A stretch of DNA of 64,000 nucleotides from a virus (taxonomy: Duplodnaviria; Caudoviricetes), in the IMG/VR virus record IMGVR_UViG_3300042539_001740; one strand, 5' to 3'. Positions 57,680 to 64,000 of the stretch are shown piece by piece (position 1 is the stretch's first letter; the number at the start of each line of letters is the position of its first letter). The notes under the pieces are model-generated. The model had not been told where the DNA came from, ran no database searches, and saw only the letters and a program-made list of their open reading frames with translations. The position numbers were made by a program, and so were the translations under genes.

Positions 57680-59278
57680 ATGAAAAATACACAAAAATAT
57701 TTAGAAACTTTAATTAAAAAATCAATCAATGAAACTTTGGAAACCAAAGCTATTAAATTGATGGATAAAATTAAAGAAATGGAAATGGAAGAAGGATTTG
57801 ATAGTCCTGAGATTAAGTTTGATAGAGGTGGTAAAGATTATGACAAATATGAGTTCAGTAGAAAAGTAAGACCATATGAGTTTATGAAAGATTTGGAAAT
57901 GGACTCACTTACACCTGATGAATTTGAATATCAAATGTATACTAAAGACATCGACTTAGATGATGAACTATATGGTGATGATGAGGACTTAGACCCATTT
58001 ATCGATGGTGATGATGACGACATCGAACCAATCAATGAAGGAGAAATGTGTGAACAATGTGGCGGTGGACTTAGTGAAGGTGAATGTATGGAATGTGGTT
58101 ACAGACAAATGGAGGAAGAAACATATGATTTGAATCCTGAAAACGAATTTGATTATGTTGAAGAAGAGGAAGAATTTGATTTATCAGATTTTGAAATTGA
58201 AGATGACTCTGAAGTATCTATGAAAGACAAAAAATATGGAATAGGTTCTGATGTTGATGATGACGATGTTGTCCGTGGTTATTGTAGTCAAGAAAGTCCA
58301 AAGTACAATATGGATGCTTGTAAAGCAGTTAAGGGGGCTATTAATGAAAGATTATATGGTAAACAAACCAAATTGGATAAAAATAAAAATGGTAAAATTG
58401 ATTCAGACGATTTCAAATTACTAAGAAAAAACGTAAACAAAAAAAGAAAAGATAAAGCTGAAGTTGAAGAAGGTAATGCTTTCACAGCTAAATTAGCTAA
58501 AACAAAAAAAGGTGGGGAGTTCGAACTAAATGGTAAAAAATTTAAAGATACATCTAATTACGATATGAAAAATGAAAGTATAGAATATCACATTAAAGAT
58601 AATCAAGGTGACATAATTAAATTAACTGAAAATGAAATAGTTGATTTAATTGAAAGTTTAGTAAATGAACAAAAAACACCTGGTTTTAAAACAATTGGTA
58701 AACCAAGAGGACTTACAACTTACGAAAAAGCTCATAAAGGTTCTGGTGATGAAAATAAGGAGTATTTGAAATCAGTTACCAAAAAAATGAAAGATTATTT
58801 AAAAGATGGGTCAAAGGGTACATATGAAATGAATCCTAAAATGTTCCCACAAGGAAATGGTGAGTTAGCAAAAATGGATAAAAAAGCATTTAAGATGACC
58901 GATGAGTTGGAAGATTTCAACTATGAAATTGCAGGACAAAATTTCCCAGTTCCTGATGCAATTGACTATAATGAAGAATGGATGGAGAAATTATTTAAAG
59001 GTGATTCTATGACAGGTAATGCACCTGGTGGAAATGCTTTGGAATCTAAAACCAACGATAGGTTCAATAAAATGAGAAAGAAAAACACTCTTAAAAAATT
59101 GAAAGACCAATCATATAAGAGAGTTCCACAACCTGTATTTAATGAAAAATCAGGAACAGACCAAGGAAAAGGGTTAAATATAAAATTAGAATCCTTAGAA
59201 CCAAAAAAAGCTAACCAACTTAATGAAGAATTTGATAGAATCAAACAATTATTAGGTTATGATAGAAAAACTCAGTAA
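57680..59278 (+). CDS. Acidic putative internal head/scaffold protein with an EF-hand-like loop
   Basis: DKNKNGKIDSDD loop, CEQC...CMEC, many (I/L)xE motifs; TATTTAT at 57658. Confidence 0.65.
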   Translation: MKNTQKYLETLIKKSINETLETKAIKLMDKIKEMEMEEGFDSPEIKFDRGGKDYDKYEFSRKVRPYEFMKDLEMDSLTPDEFEYQMYTKDIDLDDELYGDDEDLDPFIDGDDDDIEPINEGEMCEQCGGGLSEGECMECGYRQMEEETYDLNPENEFDYVEEEEEFDLSDFEIEDDSEVSMKDKKYGIGSDVDDDDVVRGYCSQESPKYNMDACKAVKGAINERLYGKQTKLDKNKNGKIDSDDFKLLRKNVNKKRKDKAEVEEGNAFTAKLAKTKKGGEFELNGKKFKDTSNYDMKNESIEYHIKDNQGDIIKLTENEIVDLIESLVNEQKTPGFKTIGKPRGLTTYEKAHKGSGDENKEYLKSVTKKMKDYLKDGSKGTYEMNPKMFPQGNGELAKMDKKAFKMTDELEDFNYEIAGQNFPVPDAIDYNEEWMEKLFKGDSMTGNAPGGNALESKTNDRFNKMRKKNTLKKLKDQSYKRVPQPVFNEKSGTDQGKGLNIKLESLEPKKANQLNEEFDRIKQLLGYDRKTQ

Positions 59279-59325
59279 TTACATTTTATTATCAGTTATT
59301 ATATTCTCCATAAGATAAGTTTCTT

Positions 59326-59793
59326 ATGGAGAATTTTTATAACTATGTGACGAAAGTAGTACCATCAGACGAAGTTGATATTTGGTTAAAAATCAACAAT
59401 ATAATACCTGAAAAAATGGAGTTATTTTCTGATTTCAGTCAGTCACTATATGACTTGATGAGAATGACGTATTTAGGTGAAACAACAAATTCTTATGAAA
59501 CTAAAATAACCTTGAGTGAAGATGATAACCATAAGCATTTTGAGTGGTGTTGGAATAAAACAATCGAGAATTTCAAAAAAGAAGGTTTATTGTTTAACTC
59601 AAAAGGCGAACACTACGATTATTTTGATACTTTCTTCAAAGACATTTTCTACTACCAAAAAGAGGAAAAGATTAAGAACTCGGTTAAAGATTTTTTCAGT
59701 GATTTATTTGATATAAAAAAACCATTCACAAAATCAGATTTGGATATGATTGGAATTCTTTATAAACTTTTAGATAAAAGTTTAAATGTTTAA
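59326..59793 (+). CDS. Hypothetical protein (155 aa)
   Basis: Clean ORF. Confidence 0.7.
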   Translation: MENFYNYVTKVVPSDEVDIWLKINNIIPEKMELFSDFSQSLYDLMRMTYLGETTNSYETKITLSEDDNHKHFEWCWNKTIENFKKEGLLFNSKGEHYDYFDTFFKDIFYYQKEEKIKNSVKDFFSDLFDIKKPFTKSDLDMIGILYKLLDKSLNV

Positions 59794-59856
59794 AACTAGT
59801 TTTTTATTTACATCATCACAAAAAATCGTAATTATTAATTAATAAAATAAATCAAA

Positions 59857-60039
59857 ATGGAGACAATCGAAAAAATCAAAACATTGACAGAAGAACTTTC
59901 AGTTGATACTGGTAAATTTTTTAAAGGTAATAACAGTGCTGGTACAAGAGCAAGAAAATTGGCACAAGACCTTAAAAATTTACTACAACAATTAAGAACT
60001 GAAATTTTAGAAGAGAGAAAAAAAGAAGAGAATGTTTAA
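59857..60039 (+). CDS. Histone H1-like (Hc1-type) small basic protein
   Basis: KFFKGNNSAGTRARKLAQDLK matches the GNxxAGTRARK signature of the Bacteroidota/Chlamydia Hc1-like family. Confidence 0.8.
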   Translation: METIEKIKTLTEELSVDTGKFFKGNNSAGTRARKLAQDLKNLLQQLRTEILEERKKEENV

Positions 60040-60220
60040 TATAGATACTTTATTTCTTTTTTTTAATGTATTTTCTATTCTACTCGTTCTTAGAGTAATC
60101 TATAGATTTATAAGTGCCCTATTATCCAATCCTCCAACTAGGTTGATTATGAATAATAGGGAACTTATATTCTTTGGAATCTCATTAGCTTACACAATAA
60201 CCTATTTCATAAAATTATGA
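60032..60220 (+). CDS. Small two-helix membrane protein
   Basis: Two hydrophobic segments in 62 aa. Confidence 0.65.
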   Translation: MFNIDTLFLFFNVFSILLVLRVIYRFISALLSNPPTRLIMNNRELIFFGISLAYTITYFIKL

Positions 60221-60645
60221 GTTTATACCAAGAATTTTCAGCCTTATTACCATACCTCCAATCAGTAAGAAAATTAAAGAATTATTTATCGTTTGATGTT
60301 AGTTTTCCCACAACATGGAAACTACCCAAAAAGTTTGTTGAAGAGGATAAAATAATGGAACAACAATCACCCATTGCTAATGAAAGATTGTTTTCCTATG
60401 TCACTGAGATTGATGAGGATAGTGTTCAGAAAGTACACTTGAACATTAAAAATATTATAAAATACAATCTTGAACGTGAGGAAAAAGACAGGTTATTTGA
60501 AACAAAAGTGGAGGAACTAAAAAAATTATTTGAAAAACAGAACTTAGATAAATTAAAGGGATTATATTTTGACATTAGTGAACCAACAACAAAAAAAATA
60601 GAGTTAGAAGACGATGAAGAACAAATCACTACAACAACAACTTGA
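60217..60645 (+). CDS. Hypothetical protein (142 aa)
   Basis: ATGA-coupled ORF. Confidence 0.7.
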   Translation: MSLYQEFSALLPYLQSVRKLKNYLSFDVSFPTTWKLPKKFVEEDKIMEQQSPIANERLFSYVTEIDEDSVQKVHLNIKNIIKYNLEREEKDRLFETKVEELKKLFEKQNLDKLKGLYFDISEPTTKKIELEDDEEQITTTTT

Positions 60646-60805
60646 TTGGTTAGAAAGAGAAAAACAAAAAGATGAATTGATGTTAAATATTGAAAAGAAT
60701 CAATTAATCAGTCAAATTAAAAAAATAAAAAAAGAGGAAGTTCTACCTCCAAAACCAAAAAAACTAACATTATGGCAGAGAATAAAGAAGGTGTTAATGC
60801 CTTAA
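60614..60805 (+). CDS. Hypothetical protein (63 aa)
   Basis: Overlapping packed ORF ending LTLWQRIKKVLMP. Confidence 0.6.
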   Translation: MKNKSLQQQLDWLEREKQKDELMLNIEKNQLISQIKKIKKEEVLPPKPKKLTLWQRIKKVLMP

Positions 60806-61020
60806 TTGAAAAATTGGCTTTGATATCTGAAGGACTTTCAGAGATATTCCCACAAAGTAAATCAGTAGTTGTATTTTCAATGAATCAAACTGATTTTGAT
60901 TTCGTTAAGAATCAAGTTTATGATATGTCAAGTTCCGAACAATTCAAAATTGATATATCAGGGATTGAATTTATTTTTTTGAAAGATGTGTTGTTGAATA
61001 ACGCTGAAGATAGTCAATAG
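60772..61020 (+). CDS. Hypothetical protein (82 aa)
   Basis: Packed ORF. Confidence 0.6.
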   Translation: MAENKEGVNALIEKLALISEGLSEIFPQSKSVVVFSMNQTDFDFVKNQVYDMSSSEQFKIDISGIEFIFLKDVLLNNAEDSQ

Positions 61021-61609
61021 GAAATCCTTTTTCAACTAATAAATTATATAGGTATTTCTTTTGTGGTTTGGATGAATCTTTAACTATTAAACAATCCATT
61101 CTTTTTTCTTTTTGAAATTTATTAACTAAACTTTCTAAAAAAATCTCACAATCGTCTTCACACTTAAATGTGAACAAATTTATTTCATCATCTCTTTGAA
61201 ATATCATTTTGTTGTTTAGTTTTGAAATTAGTTTTAAACCATCCCCCCTCAAATATTTTTTCTCAAAATCACTAAAATAAATTCTTTTCTTATTGGAGTA
61301 GTCAACAAACCCCTCTTCAACCCTATAGTTAGAAATGTTTTTTATTGATAAATTTTCATCATCAGTTTCTACTTTAATAGTTCTCCCCAAATTATCCTTA
61401 ATATATAAATTAATGTTATTCTTTGAGTTTTCCATCAAAGCTAATTCATAATCACATTTTTCTCCATTTTCGGTTTTCTTCTCAAAAAAAACATTTTCAC
61501 TTGATTCTAATAAACTCTCGTAGTATTTTTTTGCTCTTTGAAAAGTTTTGAATTTGTTGATAATTTTTCTTTTTTGTTTATTTTTAAACAAAACAATAAA
61601 ATAATTCAT
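60971..61609 (-). CDS. Hypothetical protein (212 aa)
   Basis: Long clean ORF convergent with 60772-61020. Confidence 0.7.
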   Translation of the reverse strand: MNYFIVLFKNKQKRKIINKFKTFQRAKKYYESLLESSENVFFEKKTENGEKCDYELALMENSKNNINLYIKDNLGRTIKVETDDENLSIKNISNYRVEEGFVDYSNKKRIYFSDFEKKYLRGDGLKLISKLNNKMIFQRDDEINLFTFKCEDDCEIFLESLVNKFQKEKRMDCLIVKDSSKPQKKYLYNLLVEKGFPIDYLQRYSTTHLSKK

Positions 61610-61639
61610 AAATAAAATTTTTAAAAAAATAGATAGTTG

Positions 61640-62542
61640 ATGGAAAATCTGTATGATATTTTAGAAGTAAATGAAAATGCGACACAAGATGATATAAAGA
61701 AAAACTACAGAAAAATGGCTATGGAACATCATCCTGATAAAGGTGGGTCGGAAGATAAGTTCAAAAAAATATCTGAAGCTTATGAAACACTTGGTGATGA
61801 AAATAAAAGAAAGGAATACGATTATAATAGAAAAAATCCACATAGGGGTAGTAGTATATTTGATGAATTTTTTGGTAATTTTCATACTCAAAGAAAAACA
61901 ACAGTCCCTGACAAGATGGTTGATGTTGAAATTGGTACATTAGAAAGTTTTCTTTCTGTAGAAAAAAATATAACCTATCAAAGGAACTTTGCCTGTGAAC
62001 CATGTAATGGTAATGGTGGGGACAGACAAACTTGTAATACTTGTGGTGGAGGTGGATTTATTACCAAAACGATGGGTTCTGGTTTCTTTACACAAGTTTT
62101 TAGACAAGGTTGTCATACTTGTGGTGGTCATGGATTCACTCTCAGAAATGTTTGTGGTAGTTGTCAAGGAAAAGGAATTCAACAAAGAACGGAAACTATT
62201 AAAATAAAACTACCACATGGTGTATCAGATGGTCAATACTTTAGAATGCAAGGTAAAGGTGATTTCATCAATGGCGTTTATGGTAATTTAATGTTAAGAG
62301 CCATAATCAAACCAGAATCTAATTTTAATAAAGCCGAAAATGATTTGATTTATAATTCTTTTTTGAATCTAAATGACCTGAAAAAGGATACAATAGAAAT
62401 CCCTCATCCACAAGGAAGAATATCTGTGAAGTTACCACAAGAATTTGATACCTCAAAATCGTTACGAGTAAAAGCCAAAGGGTTTCAAACAAACCAAATT
62501 GGAGATTTAATCATTAATTTACACGTTAAATTTAAAAGATAG
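61640..62542 (+). CDS. dnaJ: DnaJ co-chaperone (J domain plus four Zn-finger repeats)
   Basis: HPD motif; CEPCNGNG, CNTCGGGG, CHTCGGHG and CGSCQGKG; C-terminal GDLII. Confidence 0.93.
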   Translation: MENLYDILEVNENATQDDIKKNYRKMAMEHHPDKGGSEDKFKKISEAYETLGDENKRKEYDYNRKNPHRGSSIFDEFFGNFHTQRKTTVPDKMVDVEIGTLESFLSVEKNITYQRNFACEPCNGNGGDRQTCNTCGGGGFITKTMGSGFFTQVFRQGCHTCGGHGFTLRNVCGSCQGKGIQQRTETIKIKLPHGVSDGQYFRMQGKGDFINGVYGNLMLRAIIKPESNFNKAENDLIYNSFLNLNDLKKDTIEIPHPQGRISVKLPQEFDTSKSLRVKAKGFQTNQIGDLIINLHVKFKR

Positions 62543-62675
62543 ACAATATATTTTCAACAATCTTAATTGTACCATATATACTTGCAACTAAAATATATAG
62601 GGATAAACCAACTAAATACCATTGTCTGTTAGAGAAACCCTTTTTACATTTACTACAACCTTTTTCCTTTTCCAT
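62532..62675 (-). CDS. Small CxxC plus transmembrane protein (47 aa), absent from the ORF track
   Basis: Hand translation: MEKEKGCSKCKKGFSNRQWYLVGLSLYILVASIYGTIKIVENILSIF*. Confidence 0.6.
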   Translation of the reverse strand: MEKEKGCSKCKKGFSNRQWYLVGLSLYILVASIYGTIKIVENILSIF

Positions 62676-62696
62676 AGTTTTTTAATTGAAAAGTAT

Positions 62697-62704
62697 TATA
62701 TTTG
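62697..62704 (+). promoter_or_regulatory. Bacteroidota-type -7 element
   Basis: TATATTTG upstream of the 62781 gene. Confidence 0.45.
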
Positions 62705-62733
62705 TCCCAATAATCAATAATAGTTATTGGGAC
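62704..62733. repeat. Perfect 10-bp inverted repeat between divergent genes
   Basis: gtcccaataa, 10-nt spacer, ttattgggac. Confidence 0.8.
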
Positions 62734-62780
62734 TACTATTTTTATCACATCAAAGATATTTATTAAGAAAAACCAAAAAA

Positions 62781-64000
62781 ATGAGATTTACTTCCGTACT
62801 TAAGAAATTAATTGTTGAAAACTCAAGATTCAAAGTTCTTTATGATAAGATGGTTACCCCATCACAAAAAGCATTAGAAAAAAATCCAAAAGCTAAAGGT
62901 TTGATGACCTTTGACATATTAAAAAGAATCATATTTGCTGACCCTGACACCAAAGCACCTGAAAACTTTGATATAGATGGGGCATCGATTGATGATATGG
63001 ATAAAGTTAAAGTGGGTAAGTTTACACAATGGATGTTGAAAAACTTTGCAGTACCTGCTATGACTGAAGAAATGAAAGCGTTAGACCCCCAATCTAAAGA
63101 GTTTAAAAACGCTATCAAAAGTTATAGAGAATTATATTTGGAAGATTTGTTCAAAATGACTGAACAACTTCAATTTTTCGAAAAGGTAAAACAATATCTA
63201 CCTGAAAACCAAAGGGACATCAATAAATTGACACCAGCTCAATTGAAAGATATATTTGCTAACTTCAAGTTACCTGAGAAGAAACAAAAAGAGATTGAGA
63301 AAAAACAAGCTAAGAAGACTAGAGAAGGATTGAAACATGCTGGTGGTCAAATCATTTTTGAAGGAAGTGATTGGGTATTGATTAAAGTTGAGGGTAACAA
63401 CCCAACTAGTAAAGACGCAGCAATCTATTATGGTGGTTATAAGGATTATAGAGAGGGTGAATCTGACTGGTGTACATCAGCACCTGGTTTGACTTGGTTC
63501 GAAAATTATATTAAGAATGGACCTCTTTATGTTGTATTCCCACAGAATGACAATGGTCAAGTTGGTAAAAGAACAGGATTACCTGAAGAAAGATATCAGT
63601 TCCATTTCCCTTCAAGTCAATTTATGGACAGACACGATAGACAGATTGATTTAGTAAAGTTTTTGAATGAGAAGGCACCTGAGTTGAAAGATTTCTTCAA
63701 AGGGGAGTTTGCAAAAGGTTTGACCACAAAGGGTGGAAAGAAAGTTGAAATTTCTTATCCAAATAGTTCAGCAGGAAAATATGTTGCATTATATGGTTTC
63801 GAAGAATTATTCGACAATTTACCAGATGATATTGAACATTTGATGATTAACAATACATCTCAAACACCAATAGGTTTGGATGTGCCTGAATCTTTGGGTA
63901 GATTCAAAAGTTTGGATGCTTTGGTTTTACAAAACATATGTAAATCATTACCTAATAGTATTGGAAACTTACAACAATTAAGTTTTCTTTCTTTACCTGA
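62781..64000 (+). CDS. Large protein with a WCTS/YQFHF domain and leucine-rich repeats, 3'-truncated and absent from the ORF track
   Basis: Hand translation is open from 62781 to the window end (MRFTSVLKKLIVENSRF...WCTSAPG...GPLYV...YQFHF...VPESLGRFKSLDALVL...LPNSIGNLQQLSFLSLP); TATTTAT at 62757. Confidence 0.8.
   Translation, partial: MRFTSVLKKLIVENSRFKVLYDKMVTPSQKALEKNPKAKGLMTFDILKRIIFADPDTKAPENFDIDGASIDDMDKVKVGKFTQWMLKNFAVPAMTEEMKALDPQSKEFKNAIKSYRELYLEDLFKMTEQLQFFEKVKQYLPENQRDINKLTPAQLKDIFANFKLPEKKQKEIEKKQAKKTREGLKHAGGQIIFEGSDWVLIKVEGNNPTSKDAAIYYGGYKDYREGESDWCTSAPGLTWFENYIKNGPLYVVFPQNDNGQVGKRTGLPEERYQFHFPSSQFMDRHDRQIDLVKFLNEKAPELKDFFKGEFAKGLTTKGGKKVEISYPNSSAGKYVALYGFEELFDNLPDDIEHLMINNTSQTPIGLDVPESLGRFKSLDALVLQNICKSLPNSIGNLQQLSFLSLP

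Noticed and set aside
641-63118. The many 60-190 aa ORFs antisense to or nested in long genes (for example 5315-5875, 4590-4895, 52997-53422, 62840-63118)
   Set aside because: They are shadows of the real coding strand, with no motifs or independent start context.
1-64000. Alternative genetic code (stop-codon reassignment, as in some large phages)
   Set aside because: Long genes are intact in code 11, and TAG, TGA and TAA all end genes cleanly next to the following start (for example TAG at 4998, 5987 and 53393; TGA at 55769).
1-64000. Eukaryotic or giant-virus (NCLDV) origin, suggested by the RNR style, DnaJ, LRR and a plant-like GT
   Set aside because: A sigma70 factor, gp25/gp6 baseplate genes, a gp32-like SSB, rho-independent terminators and overlapping coupled genes indicate a tailed bacteriophage.
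1-64000. tRNA, rRNA or structured ncRNA genes
   Set aside because: Intergenic gaps are short (mostly under 100 nt) and none showed cloverleaf or T-loop signatures on reading; tRNAscan-SE/Infernal would confirm.

Overview
This window is a 64 kb slice of an AT-rich (roughly 30% GC, by eye), gene-dense jumbo myophage genome in the standard genetic code. The host is most likely Bacteroidota, based on a Bacteroidota-type RpoD-like sigma factor, TAnnTTTG promoters, an Hc1-like protein, SprB repeats and A-rich Shine-Dalgarno-less starts. Layout: (1) 1-5987, end of a hub/tail gene and two late genes; (2) 6064-15447, replication/recombination block (gp32-like SSB, RecA/UvsX, C5 methyltransferase, 5'-3' exonuclease, DnaB, NrdB, NrdA); (3) 15528-33569, plus-strand baseplate/tail operon (gp25-, gp6- and gp7/gpI-like proteins, a PKD protein, a 7x SprB-repeat protein); (4) 33603-45184, minus-strand block of Cys-rich, Thr/Pro-rich fibre/adhesin-like genes plus RuvC and a glycosyltransferase; (5) 45238-54195, primase, PD-(D/E)XK nuclease, SbcD/SbcC and sigma factor; (6) 54231-64000, candidate lysis genes, putative internal head proteins, Hc1, DnaJ and a truncated LRR protein. 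The lead finding is a glycosyltransferase (39602-40579) that aligns motif by motif with plant HPAT (GT95) / SERGT1 (GT96) protein O-glycosyltransferases. It sits among virion genes carrying mucin-like poly-Thr and (Thr-Pro)n tracts, which suggests a phage-encoded virion O-glycosylation system. All assignments come from motif recognition by eye; no searches were run. I saw no tRNA, rRNA, CRISPR array, intron or intein.
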